Source: Pseudomonadota bacterium (lineage in GTDB: Bacteria; Bdellovibrionota_G; JALEGL01; DATDPG01). From it: a DNA stretch of 17,088 nt. The stretch covers positions 1 through 17,088 of the forward strand of contig JAZDIZ010000021.1 in the NCBI GenBank assembly GCA_043804515.1. Direction: 5' to 3'. The position numbers and the translations under genes were made by a program. Below, piece by piece: positions 7,930-17,088 of the stretch. Every line of letters starts with the position of its first letter. The stretch's first letter is position 1. The notes under the pieces were generated by a model. That model had not been told where the DNA came from. It ran no database searches and saw only the letters and a program-made list of their open reading frames with translations.

Positions 7930-8799
7930 TCAGAGCGAGACTAAAGCGGGCGGCTTGTGTTCGTAGCGCACGATGCGGTTCCGGCCGAGTTCTTTTGCCT
8001 CATACAGCGCCTCATCCGCCAACGTAAGAAGGCGATGCCCTTTGTCGTCCAGATCGGTCGGCTCGACGTCCTTGATGGAGGCCACCCCCCCGCTCAGGGA
8101 GACGTCCGCCCGGATGCCTTTGTGTTCGAAGCGGTAATTCGCCACGTTCTCGCGCAGGCGGTCGGCGAACCGGAGCCCGTCCTGGATTCCCGTTTCCGTG
8201 AGGAGGAAGCAGAACTCCTCCCCGCCCGTCCGAGCCACGTAATCCGTCTCCCGCCTGCTGGAAGCGAAAATCTGGCCCAGCTCGTGAAGCACGAAATCCC
8301 CGTAGAAATGGCCGTGCACGTCGTTGATCCGCTTGAAAAAATCCACGTCCACCAGGAGCACGCACAGGTCGGATTTGTAGCGGAGCGCGCGCTTGTACTC
8401 GACGGGGTAGATCTCGAAAAGACGCCGGCGATTGGCCAGGCCCGTAAGGTTGTCGGTGATCGAGAGGAGCGCCAACTGCCGGTTCTTGATCGACAGAAGC
8501 CTTCGCTGGGAAAGAAGCCGAGTGTAGTGTTCCCGGAGCCGGTCATCGCCCAAACCCAAAGCGAGCCCCGCGAGTGTCAGCGTGACGAGCCCGATCAATT
8601 GCATGTACGAAAAAAGCACCGCGTTGGCGGCGAGCTCCCTGCCGAGGATCGCGAAAATGTGGAGCGGGTCCTTCAGGGCCTCCGGTCCCACCTGGATAAA
8701 AAGCCACCCCAAAGGTACAAGGAACGAAAGGGCCGCTCCCAGGAGCGGAAAATACAGAACCCGATGCCTGCGTCGTTTTGCGCGATACCGCTTGGTCAA
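7930..8799 (-). CDS. Membrane-anchored diguanylate cyclase (GGDEF domain)
   Basis: Two hydrophobic TM segments, coiled linker, TDNLTGLANRR, DVDFFKRINDVHGHFYGD, I-site RETD, active site GGEEF, ADEALYEAKELGRNR. TTG start with GGGAG SD upstream. Confidence 0.93.
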   Translation of the reverse strand: MTKRYRAKRRRHRVLYFPLLGAALSFLVPLGWLFIQVGPEALKDPLHIFAILGRELAANAVLFSYMQLIGLVTLTLAGLALGLGDDRLREHYTRLLSQRRLLSIKNRQLALLSITDNLTGLANRRRLFEIYPVEYKRALRYKSDLCVLLVDVDFFKRINDVHGHFYGDFVLHELGQIFASSRRETDYVARTGGEEFCFLLTETGIQDGLRFADRLRENVANYRFEHKGIRADVSLSGGVASIKDVEPTDLDDKGHRLLTLADEALYEAKELGRNRIVRYEHKPPALVSL

Positions 8800-8862
8800 A
8801 ATCGAGCTCCCATGCTGTACTCTACATCAACGCCCAAACACGTGAAAGACGAGGGTAAATGG

Positions 8863-8890
8863 TTGACATTTCACGCCTTCCTTCTAAAAC
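8863..8890 (+). promoter_or_regulatory. Putative sigma70 promoter of the TolC operon
   Basis: Consensus TTGACA (8863-8868), 16-nt spacer, TAAAAC (8885-8890), about 38 nt upstream of ATG 8928. Confidence 0.5.
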
Positions 8891-8927
8891 CGGCTTGGAG
8901 CCTGAGGGCTCCATTTTTCTTCTCGTT

Positions 8928-10334
8928 ATGAATCGATTCCTATTGCACCCAGCGCTGGTTTTCCTGGTTTCGGCCGCCCTGTTTCCGTCCCGGGCGATCT
9001 CGGCGGATACGTCCATCCGATCCGTTTCCAACCAGCCTGCGGTCACGATGAAGCTGAGCGAATGCATCGAGAAGGCCCTTACCACGATGCCGTCTTTGCG
9101 GTCCGCTCGCTACGATCGCGAGGCGGTGGAAGGACAGCTGGAACAGGCCAAATCCGCATACTTTCTCCCCGACATCAGGCTGCGTGTGTTGGGAGGGGTG
9201 GTGCCGGATGTTCCTGCGGGGTCCGGGCCGGAGGGAAATTTTCCCTCCGTCAATACGGGGGTCATGGATCTGGGTCCGTTTATCCAGGCTCGCGTGGAAG
9301 GGATTCAACCGCTCTATACGTTCGGTAAACTCTCCAATTTGAAACAAGCCGCCCGACGCGGCGTGGAGGCGAAGGAAGCGCAAGAACAGGTCGTACGGGC
9401 CGAGATCACCCGCCAGGTGAAGAAGGTCTATTACGGAATCGTGTTTTTGAGGAGCCTGGAGGATTTCTTAAACGAGCTGAAGGACCGGGGAAACAGTGCG
9501 AGGGAAAAGTTGCAGGACCTGATCCGAAAACACAATCCCGAGGTGACGGAGATCGATCTCATGCGCCTCGACGTCTTTTCCGCCGAGGCGGAGCGGAACT
9601 TGATCGAAGCGCACAACGGAGCCAATCTCGGAATGGCCACCTTGGGTGTTCTTACGGGCGGCATGGCATCGCCGCCGGTCTCCCCGGAGGACCAATCCCT
9701 GCTCTTCAACGAGATCGCCCTGAAGCCCCTCGACTATTATCTTTCGCGAGCCGCCGTGGCGCGGCCGGAACTCCGCGCATTGGACGGAATGGTGCGCGCG
9801 AAGCAGGCGTTGATGCGGGCGACGAAGGCGGATTTCTTCCCCTCGTTCTTCCTGGGCGGGTACTACAACTACGGAACAGCGCCGGGCCGGGAGCACGTGG
9901 ACAGTCCGTTCCTCAAAGACGATTTCAACATTAACTCCGGGGGCGGGGCCCTGGGGATGGAGCAGAAACTGAGCTTTCACATGACCGGAAGCCGCTATGA
10001 CCAGGTAACAGCGGACTACCGCAAGGCCATGGCCGATCGAGATCAGGCGCTCCTCGGAATCCAGTTGGAAATTCGGAAAGCCTATTCCGACGCCATGACG
10101 AAAACGGCATCCGTGAAAGCGGCCCGGGAAGGGTTCCGGGCCGGGCGCAGTTGGGTCACGGCCACCACGCTCAATTTCAGCGTGAACCTGGTGCCGATCA
10201 AGGATCTTCTGGAAGCTTTCGTGGCGTACTCAAGAGTGAAGGTGGGGTTTTTAAATACGATCCAGGAATTCGACATGGCGATCACGGACCTGACCCGTGC
10301 CGTCGGGGAGGAGGCTGCGGATGTCAGGGGCTGA
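8928..10334 (+). CDS. TolC family outer-membrane efflux protein
   Basis: Signal peptide; MKLSECIEKALTTMPSLRSA; QPLYTFGK; QVKKVYYG; RPELRAL; ADFFPSFFLGG; ends DLTRAVG. Two-repeat OEP architecture, about 468 aa. Confidence 0.88.
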   Translation: MNRFLLHPALVFLVSAALFPSRAISADTSIRSVSNQPAVTMKLSECIEKALTTMPSLRSARYDREAVEGQLEQAKSAYFLPDIRLRVLGGVVPDVPAGSGPEGNFPSVNTGVMDLGPFIQARVEGIQPLYTFGKLSNLKQAARRGVEAKEAQEQVVRAEITRQVKKVYYGIVFLRSLEDFLNELKDRGNSAREKLQDLIRKHNPEVTEIDLMRLDVFSAEAERNLIEAHNGANLGMATLGVLTGGMASPPVSPEDQSLLFNEIALKPLDYYLSRAAVARPELRALDGMVRAKQALMRATKADFFPSFFLGGYYNYGTAPGREHVDSPFLKDDFNINSGGGALGMEQKLSFHMTGSRYDQVTADYRKAMADRDQALLGIQLEIRKAYSDAMTKTASVKAAREGFRAGRSWVTATTLNFSVNLVPIKDLLEAFVAYSRVKVGFLNTIQEFDMAITDLTRAVGEEAADVRG

Positions 10335-11019
10335 CGTCTCCAGGGCGCAGCTCGAGCGGAGCAGCCCGCTTCTGCAGACCGAACTGCGCGAGTGGTGGGT
10401 GATGCGTGTCATGAAATGGGTGGAGGATTTTTCAATCCGCGTGGGCCTCACGCCCAACGCGATCACCGTTCTGGCCACAGCGTTCTCCTGCGTATGCGGC
10501 GTCCTTTACGCCACCGGCCATATCCTTTCCGCCGGATGGGTCGTGCTGTTCGCCGGGAGTCTCGACTTTTTGGACGGCCGGGTGGCCCGCCGCACGAATC
10601 AGGTGACGACCCAGGGGGCGTTCTTCGACTCCGTTGCCGACCGCTACCAGGATTTCATCATCCTGTTCGGCCTCTGCGTCTTTTACCGGAACAGCGTGAT
10701 GCTTTACATCGTTCTAGCGGCGTTGGGTGGCTCCGTGCTCGTGTCGTACGTGCGCGCCCGGGCCGAAAATCTGGGCGTCGATCTCTCGTCGATCGGGTCC
10801 ATGCAGCGGCCGGAACGGATCTTCCTGATCGGATTCGGTTCCATGATCAGCTCGGCCCTTCAGGTTTCGCTCATGCCTTTCTGGGGGCAGGGAAACCGCC
10901 CTCCCCAGCACCTTCTGATTCTGGTATTGGCGTTTCTGGCCGCATCCACGAACTGGACGGCGGTGCGCCGGATCCGGCACACGATGCGGGTTCTGGCGGA
11001 GAAGGGAACCCGGGAATGA
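10321..11019 (+). CDS. CDP-alcohol phosphatidyltransferase family protein (PgsA/PIP synthase-like)
   Basis: TPNAIT; signature DFLDGRVAR...QGAFFDSVADR; SYVRARAE; GSMQRPER. The start overlaps the TolC stop. Confidence 0.92.
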   Translation: MSGADVSRAQLERSSPLLQTELREWWVMRVMKWVEDFSIRVGLTPNAITVLATAFSCVCGVLYATGHILSAGWVVLFAGSLDFLDGRVARRTNQVTTQGAFFDSVADRYQDFIILFGLCVFYRNSVMLYIVLAALGGSVLVSYVRARAENLGVDLSSIGSMQRPERIFLIGFGSMISSALQVSLMPFWGQGNRPPQHLLILVLAFLAASTNWTAVRRIRHTMRVLAEKGTRE

Positions 11020-11759
11020 TGACTCGATGGCTCGTGTGCGGGTTGGCCGCGGCGGCCTTGATCGGTGCCGCGCCCAAGCAGGAAACCCCTGCGACCGGCA
11101 TTCCGGAAGCCGGAGCCGCACAACCCGCGCCTGCAGCGCAGACTCCCGTAGCGCTTCCAAAGGCAGAGGCTCCGAAAGCGGCCCAGCCTCCGGAGATGGA
11201 CGTAACCGTCGATTCCCCCACGCAGGTGATCCAGAAGTACACCGAGGAGCTCCGAGTGATCGTGGATCCGGAGGGCTCGAAGGACAAGGGGAAAAGGGAC
11301 GCGGCCAAGGAACGGAGAGTCGCCGATAAAGTCCGCCAGTTTTTCGACTTCGAGGGGTTGGCGCGGATGGCGCTCGGGCGCCACTGGAGCCGCGCCACTG
11401 GAGCCCAGAGAAGGGAATACAAGGACCTGTTTGTTTCGCTGGTGGAGGATTCCTATTTGCGCCGCTCCCGGGACATCGTCGGGAAATACCAGATCGTTTA
11501 CGGCCGCGAAGAGGTGAAAAAGAACCAAGCGAAGGTCCACTCACGCGTGGTTCGCAACGACGCCGACGTGGAGATCGTCTATCAGCTGCACCGAAACCCG
11601 AAAAACTGGATGATCTACAATATCGTTCTGGACGGTGTCGACCTCATTAAGAATTACCAGAGCCAATTCAACAGCATCATCATGAAATCCGGCTTCGATT
11701 CCCTCTTATCGCGGCTTCGAAAGAAGAAGGAAGAAGTCGGGACCGAAGTGAATCTCTAA
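11016..11759 (+). CDS. mlaC: MlaC/Ttg2D family periplasmic lipid-binding protein
   Basis: ATGA overlap with the upstream stop; signal peptide; Pro/Ala linker; FDFEGLARMALGRHW...QRREYKDLF; WMIYNIVLDGVDLIKNYQSQFNSII. Confidence 0.88.
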   Translation: MMTRWLVCGLAAAALIGAAPKQETPATGIPEAGAAQPAPAAQTPVALPKAEAPKAAQPPEMDVTVDSPTQVIQKYTEELRVIVDPEGSKDKGKRDAAKERRVADKVRQFFDFEGLARMALGRHWSRATGAQRREYKDLFVSLVEDSYLRRSRDIVGKYQIVYGREEVKKNQAKVHSRVVRNDADVEIVYQLHRNPKNWMIYNIVLDGVDLIKNYQSQFNSIIMKSGFDSLLSRLRKKKEEVGTEVNL

Positions 11760-11816
11760 AAGACCCGGCAGCCGGCCGCAAGACAACTTGGGATTCCAGG
11801 CCGTGGCCTCTTCTCG

Positions 11817-13772
11817 TTATTCCAACTCGACGATTCTGGAGCCGTCCACCGTCAGAATTGCCAGGCGCCGCGCGGCGTCCCGGTTTTGGCGGAACGAAGT
11901 CGCGCCCGTCACGCCGGGGAAGTCCTTGACCTGTGCGAGCCCGGCCGCGAAGGCCTCTCGCGAGGGAGGGTTCCCCCGATCGATCACCGAAATCATGATG
12001 GCCAGCGTGTCGTATGTGAAAGCCTCGAAGATCCCCGGCTCCCGTCCGAACGTGGAGTAAAATCTTTCGACGAATTGGGGAACGGGCGCCGACTTCCGGT
12101 CCTTTGTGAATCCGTCCAGGAAAATCGCTCCTTGGAGGTAATCCGAGTTCCCGGATTGCAGAAGCTCGGCGGTGTCCCAAAGATTGGTCCCCAGAAGCTG
12201 CACGCCGCGCACGTCATAGTAGGGAAGCATGGGCGCGATCTGATCCGCCATGTCGTAGTTGTCCGGAAGAAAAAGGCATTCGAAGTCCACGACCGGCGGG
12301 ATCTTGTCGGGGGCGTAGCATACGCGGCCCGTGGGTTCTTTGAGCTCCGTCTTCGTGCAGAGCTCCTTTTGGCGCAAAGAGAGCGGCGCGAGGCCCACGA
12401 TGCGTTTGAGCGCCGTGGAGAAATCGCGGCTGGCGGCGTCGTACCCCTCCGCTCCCCGGATCTCCCCGCCCCGAGCCGCGAATTCGCGCCAGAAGAGCCG
12501 CATGAATTCGGTTCCGTAATTGTTGGCCGGATAAAGGATCGCACAGCGTTGGATTCCCAGAACGTCCTTCGCGATATAAGCCAGGTTCGCCGCTTGCTCG
12601 GATTTGGTGAGGCCGTTTCGGAACACGGTCGGGCCGATCTGGGTTATGCCCTCCGCGGCGCTCAATGAAATGATGGGAAGGCCCATGTCCGCGGCCGTGA
12701 TGGAAGCCGCCTGGCTTTGGCGGGCGAAAAGCGGTCCCGCGGCCGCGATGATGTTGTGTTCACGGACGAGCTTTTCCAGCGCGCCTACGGCTTGCTCGGG
12801 AGTGTCGCCCGAGTCCCCGATGTACAAGCGTACCGGCTCGGCGGGAGACGGAGCCGTGAAGAGATTGAGCGCCAAAGCCGCTCCCTGCAGAACCTGCTGC
12901 GCGTAAGCCTCGTTCGTCCCGCTCATCGGTACGAGGAGCCCGATCGCTTTCGGGTCCACCTTCTCGGAGCGATAAAGACGCTCGGAGAGTTCCACGGCCT
13001 CGCGGGAGAATTCGTGGTTGGGGTAGCGGTTCAGGAAGGACGTGACCAGCTTGCGAGCCGAATCCAGATCGCCCAGGTGGTACGCAATCTTGGCCAGCTT
13101 GAAGCAGATGTAATCGGCCGGGAAGCGGCCTTCCCGTTCGTCGGCCACGGCCTTGAGCGTTTCCGGATCGACGCCCTCGTCCAGCAGGGCCACGATCTCT
13201 CTTTTGCGTTCGAACAGCGCCGGGCCCTCGGGAGTGAGGTCCGAAAGCTGGACCAACCATCTGAATTTGACGGAGGGCACGTTCGCCTGATCGAACGCCG
13301 AGCGCGCGACCTTCTCCAGCTTCGGCCGCTTGGATTCCGAAAAGCCCTTCCAGTCCATGGAGGCGAGAATTTCCGCGGATCTCCGGTAGTCTTTCTCGGC
13401 GTAGAGCAAAAGGCCCAGCTCCTCCTTCGCGCCGCCGTACACGTCACTCTTGGGGTATTTGGAGAGAATGGCCTCCAGGAGCTTGGCGGCGTCCTTCGGA
13501 TTCTTGCGGATGCGATGGATCTGAGCCATCCGGAACATCGCGTCGGGCGCCAAGGTGGTCATTCCCAATTGGGAAATCATCCGTTGATAGATCGCGCCGG
13601 CATTCTTGTACTGCTTTTGGGCGAAGAAGCGTTCCGCCTCGGCGTAATCCATCTTCGCGGCTTGCTCCACGGGCATTACCACGCCGTTCCGGACGACGGT
13701 GGGCGGCTTGGCGCAGGAACCCCACAGGCCGATCAGCGCGACGATCAAACCAACGCGCAGTTCAGCCCGCAT
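11817..13772 (-). CDS. LpoA-like penicillin-binding protein activator lipoprotein (TPR N-terminus plus type-1 periplasmic binding fold)
   Basis: Lipobox LWGSC after ATG 13772; TPRs (APDAMFRMAQI, ILSKYPKS, FLNRYPNH); PBP1 domain AIGLLVPMSG, AILYPANNYG, QLLGTNLW, FPGVTGATSF. Confidence 0.8.
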   Translation of the reverse strand: MRAELRVGLIVALIGLWGSCAKPPTVVRNGVVMPVEQAAKMDYAEAERFFAQKQYKNAGAIYQRMISQLGMTTLAPDAMFRMAQIHRIRKNPKDAAKLLEAILSKYPKSDVYGGAKEELGLLLYAEKDYRRSAEILASMDWKGFSESKRPKLEKVARSAFDQANVPSVKFRWLVQLSDLTPEGPALFERKREIVALLDEGVDPETLKAVADEREGRFPADYICFKLAKIAYHLGDLDSARKLVTSFLNRYPNHEFSREAVELSERLYRSEKVDPKAIGLLVPMSGTNEAYAQQVLQGAALALNLFTAPSPAEPVRLYIGDSGDTPEQAVGALEKLVREHNIIAAAGPLFARQSQAASITAADMGLPIISLSAAEGITQIGPTVFRNGLTKSEQAANLAYIAKDVLGIQRCAILYPANNYGTEFMRLFWREFAARGGEIRGAEGYDAASRDFSTALKRIVGLAPLSLRQKELCTKTELKEPTGRVCYAPDKIPPVVDFECLFLPDNYDMADQIAPMLPYYDVRGVQLLGTNLWDTAELLQSGNSDYLQGAIFLDGFTKDRKSAPVPQFVERFYSTFGREPGIFEAFTYDTLAIMISVIDRGNPPSREAFAAGLAQVKDFPGVTGATSFRQNRDAARRLAILTVDGSRIVELE

Positions 13773-13935
13773 TATTCCCGAACTCATCGAACCACTACGA
13801 AACGGTCAGATTTGGCGCAGATCAAGGCAGGCACCGAGCACAGACCGGAGTTGGCTTGAAAGGCCAATGAGGACTGCGCGCAGGTGCCAACGCAGAGATG
13901 CGACAAATATGACGTTTCCCTCATAGATATGCCGA

Positions 13936-15750
13936 TTAGGATTGCTGGGCACTGCTGTAGAGCGTCTCGGCTATCCGGTGCGTGACTTCGTTGAGGAGCG
14001 TCAGGGCGTCCTGGATGGTATTCAGGTCGCTGCTCTGCGAAGCGGTCCGCGCGGTTTCGAGGGATTTCTCGAATTCCGTCCACTCGGCCTGCCCGATCTT
14101 GTTCTGGAGCTCTTTGAACGAACGTTCCGCGGAATAAAGAAGCCCCTCCAACTCGTTGCGGGCGTCCACGATCCGGCGTTGGTCGCTGTCATCCGCCCGG
14201 TGTTGCTCGGCTTCCTGGATGATCCGCTGGATGTCGGGTTCGGCCAGGCCGCTGGTGGGCGTGATCTTCACGCTTTGCTCGTGCCCCGTAGCCAGATCTT
14301 TGGCGCTGACCGATACGATCCCGTTCGAATCGATGTCGAACGAAACCTCGATCTGGGGAACGCCGCGCGGGGCCGGGGGGATCCCCACCAACTCGAACAT
14401 GGCGAGCGATTTGTTATCCTTCGCCAGCTCGCGCTCGCCCTGAAGAACGTGCACGCGAACCATGGACTGGTTATCGATCGTCGTGGAGAACACCTGGCTC
14501 TTCCGCGTGGGAATCGTCGTGTTTTTCTCGATGAGCTTTGTGAACACGCCCCCTTGGGTTTCCACTCCCAAGGAAAGCGGCGTGACATCCAACAACAGGA
14601 CTTCGGCCACGTCTCCCTTGATGATGCCACCTTGAATGGCGGCTCCTATGGCCACGACCTCGTCCGGGTTGACTCCCTTGGTGGGTTCTCGTCCGAAAAT
14701 TTCCACGGCCTTTTGGATCACCCGTGGCATCCGGGTCATCCCTCCCACCATGATCAATTCGTTGATGTCCGCAATCTGAAGATTCGCGTCCGACAAAGCC
14801 GTCCGGCAAGGTGCCTCGAGGCGCTGGATCAGATCCTCGACGAGGGTCTCCAACTGCGCCCGCGTGAGCTTGGCGTTGAGATGTTTGGGCCCGGAAGCGT
14901 CGGCGGCGATGAACGGAAGGTTGATGTCCGTTTCGAGCGACGAGGAGAGCTCGTGCTTGGCCTTCTCGGCGGCCTCCTTGAGGCGCTGAAGCGCCATGCG
15001 GTCTTTCCGAAGGTCGATGGAGTGGCTCTTCTGGAACTCCGCGACCAGCCAGTCCGCGATCCGCATGTCGAAGTCTTCTCCCCCCAGGAACGTGTCGCCG
15101 CACGTGGACTTCACGTTGAAAACGTCACCGGAGAGTTCCAGGATCGAGACATCGAACGTGCCGCCTCCGAGGTCGAACACGGCCACCGTGCCCTTCGCGG
15201 TCTTATCCAGGCCGTATGCCAGGGCGGCCGCCGTCGGCTCGTTGATGATTCTCTCCACCTCCAAACCGGCGATGCGTCCCGCGTCCTTCGTGGCCTGGCG
15301 CTGGCTGTCGTCGAAATAGGCCGGAAGCGTGATGACGGCGCTGGTGACTTCCTCGCCGAAATAGTCCTCCGCCGTCTCCTTCATCTTCTGAAGCACGATC
15401 GCGCTGATTTCGGGAGGGCTGATCAATTTATCGCCGAACTGGATCCAGGCATCGTTGTTCTTCGAGGGGACGATCTTGAAAGAACACAACTGGATCGACT
15501 TCTGCACCTCGGGCGATTCGAACTTCCGCCCGATGAGCCGCTTGATGGCGTAAAACGTGTTCTCGGGGTTCGTGATGGCTTGGCGCTTCGCCACCTGCCC
15601 GACGAGGCGCTCACCCCGTTCGTTGAACGCCACCATGGACGGGGTCGTGCGTGATCCCTCGGCGTTCGGGATCACCACCGGTTCCCCCATTTCCATGATC
15701 GCGACGCAGGAGTTCGTGGTTCCGAGATCGATGCCTATTGTTTTTCCCAT
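13936..15750 (-). CDS. dnaK: Molecular chaperone DnaK (Hsp70)
   Basis: [66 protein letters not shown]; 604 aa. Confidence 0.98.
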   Translation of the reverse strand: MGKTIGIDLGTTNSCVAIMEMGEPVVIPNAEGSRTTPSMVAFNERGERLVGQVAKRQAITNPENTFYAIKRLIGRKFESPEVQKSIQLCSFKIVPSKNNDAWIQFGDKLISPPEISAIVLQKMKETAEDYFGEEVTSAVITLPAYFDDSQRQATKDAGRIAGLEVERIINEPTAAALAYGLDKTAKGTVAVFDLGGGTFDVSILELSGDVFNVKSTCGDTFLGGEDFDMRIADWLVAEFQKSHSIDLRKDRMALQRLKEAAEKAKHELSSSLETDINLPFIAADASGPKHLNAKLTRAQLETLVEDLIQRLEAPCRTALSDANLQIADINELIMVGGMTRMPRVIQKAVEIFGREPTKGVNPDEVVAIGAAIQGGIIKGDVAEVLLLDVTPLSLGVETQGGVFTKLIEKNTTIPTRKSQVFSTTIDNQSMVRVHVLQGERELAKDNKSLAMFELVGIPPAPRGVPQIEVSFDIDSNGIVSVSAKDLATGHEQSVKITPTSGLAEPDIQRIIQEAEQHRADDSDQRRIVDARNELEGLLYSAERSFKELQNKIGQAEWTEFEKSLETARTASQSSDLNTIQDALTLLNEVTHRIAETLYSSAQQS

Positions 15751-15788
15751 GGGATACCGCTTCCTAAAAAGAGATTAGTATAGCAGCT

Positions 15789-16442
15789 TCACTCCGATTG
15801 TTGACCGGAATTGTCGCCGCTGTTTCCCGGCTCTTCCTTCTTTTCGTCCGCGGGCGGCGCGTCTTCCGGCGGTTCCTTGGAAACCGTCACGAGCGCCGGC
15901 CGGATCAAACGATCGTGCAGGAAATACGCTTTTTGCAACTCGTCCATAACGGTATGCGGGGGGTGATCCGCAGACGGGAGGTGGCTGACGGCCTCGTGGT
16001 GGAGGGGGTCGAAGGGCTGGCCGAGAGCCGATTCCGCGCGCACGCCGAAGCGGGTGAAGACGTTTTGAAGCTGGGAATGGGTGAGCTCCACGCCCTTCAT
16101 CAGGGAATCCCGGTCGGCTTCCTGTCCCGCGTGCAGAACCGCCCGCTCGAAATTGTCCAGAACCGGAAGGAGTTCCCGAATCAGGTTCTCGTTGGCGTAC
16201 TTGGAGTACTCGCTTTTCTCTTTAAGGGTGCGCTTTCGAAAGTTGTCGAATTCCGCCGCGAGGCGGAGGTATCGATCCTTCAAGTCGGCGCCTTCACCCG
16301 AGGGGACGGCCTTCTTTGCTTCCTCATTTTTCACCGGCTGCGGTTCGTCCGAGCCCGAGGTGACGCGCTCGACGCTTTCGACGGCCTCCTGGATCAGCGC
16401 GGGGTCGATCTCGGTCTTTGGATGTTTTTCTTTCTTGCTCAT
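15789..16442 (-). CDS. grpE: Nucleotide exchange factor GrpE
   Basis: YLRLAAEFDNFRKR, LLPVLDNFERA, FDPLHHEAV, RLIRPALVTVSK. ATG 16442 has a GGGAG SD and overlaps the reconstructed hrcA stop. Confidence 0.96.
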   Translation of the reverse strand: MSKKEKHPKTEIDPALIQEAVESVERVTSGSDEPQPVKNEEAKKAVPSGEGADLKDRYLRLAAEFDNFRKRTLKEKSEYSKYANENLIRELLPVLDNFERAVLHAGQEADRDSLMKGVELTHSQLQNVFTRFGVRAESALGQPFDPLHHEAVSHLPSADHPPHTVMDELQKAYFLHDRLIRPALVTVSKEPPEDAPPADEKKEEPGNSGDNSGQQSE

Positions 16443-17088
16443 TTCTCCCGATCCCCCCCCAGCACATCCGTGAGAATTTTCGATGTGAAATCCACGAGAG
16501 GCACGATGCTGGCGTAGCTGATGCGCGTCGGGCCGATGACGCCCAGGACGCCCCGATTCCCTTCGGCGTCGCTGTACGTCGACGTGATCAGCGAGAGGCC
16601 GTTGATCTCGGCGTTTTGCGTCTCCTCGCCGATGAAATTTTAACGCCTTGGCCCTGGAGCGATTGATCCAGGAGGCGCAGAAGCTCGGTTTTCTCCTCAA
16701 GGGTCCGCAGGACGTGGCGCATCTTGTCGACGTTGGCGAATTCCGGGTCGGCGCAAAGCAGGCTCTGCCCTTCGATGTGAAGTTCCCTCGGGCCGTCTGA
16801 GAATGCCTGCTCTCCGAGGATGAGCGCTTTCTGGAGCAGCTCGTCGTAGGCCCGGTGGGCGTGCGCCATTTCCTGCAGGATCTGCCGGCGGACGTTCACG
16901 ACCGTCAATCCGGCCAGCTTCTCGTTGAGGTAATTGTGCATCTTGTTCAGCTGCTCCTGCGTATACGGCTTGTCCAACGCCAGGAGTTTGTTCTCCACGA
17001 TTCCCGTGGAGGTTACGAGGATCGCGAGCGCCAGATCCGCTCGAAGGCGCATGAACTGAATGTGCTTGAGGCTCCGCTCCTCGGCGGA
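16439..17088 (-). pseudogene. hrcA: Heat-inducible repressor HrcA, 5'-truncated by the window, frameshifted near 16635-16641 (pseudogene or sequence error)
   Basis: One frame reads LKHIQFMRLRADLALAILVTSTGIVENK...LLRLLDQSLQGQGVKI. The -1 frame continues FIGEETQNAEINGLSLITSTY...GVLGVIGPTRISYASIVPLVDF...REK*, the conserved HrcA C-terminus, with TGA at 16441-16439. Confidence 0.85.

Noticed and set aside
10392..11015. Apparent 455-aa ORF (N-terminally extended MlaC)
   Set aside because: The first 208 codons are an alternative frame of the phosphatidyltransferase gene. The real start at 11016 has a signal peptide and an ATGA overlap.
13875..13890. TTGGCAC on the minus strand as a sigma54 promoter or CIRCE half-site
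   Set aside because: The GG-to-GC spacing is 9 rather than 10, the -12 TTGC is absent, and I found no TTAGCACTC-N9-GAGTGCTAA in the window.
13942..15654. 570-aa ORF antisense to dnaK
   Set aside because: Long antisense ORFs opposite dnaK are a known codon-bias shadow in GC-rich genomes, and this one has no independent motifs.
16443..16700. N-terminal extension of GrpE in the ORF track
   Set aside because: It overlaps hrcA coding sequence in another frame. ATG 16442 has an SD and gives a normal GrpE length.

Overview
GC-rich bacterial window from a diderm organism. The gene content (LpoA-like lipoprotein, short DnaK, helical-N-terminus HNH family) resembles Deltaproteobacteria/Bdellovibrionota/Myxococcota; this assignment is inferred. 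In order: a 5'-truncated HNH endonuclease (+); an S41 lipoprotein protease (-); an NDUFA9-like SDR (+); a small outer-membrane beta-barrel (+); an S8 subtilase (-); a 365-bp non-coding element with perfect 19-bp inverted ends and extensive internal folding (MITE-like); a secreted TPR-like protein (-); a membrane GGDEF cyclase (-); a tightly coupled TolC / CDP-alcohol phosphatidyltransferase / MlaC operon (+); an LpoA-like lipoprotein (-); and hrcA-grpE-dnaK (-), where hrcA has a single-base frameshift and no dnaJ follows dnaK. The best leads are the folded MITE, a second copy of its right end directly behind the HNH gene, and the TolC / lipid synthase / MlaC operon as a possible lipid synthesis-and-export module.
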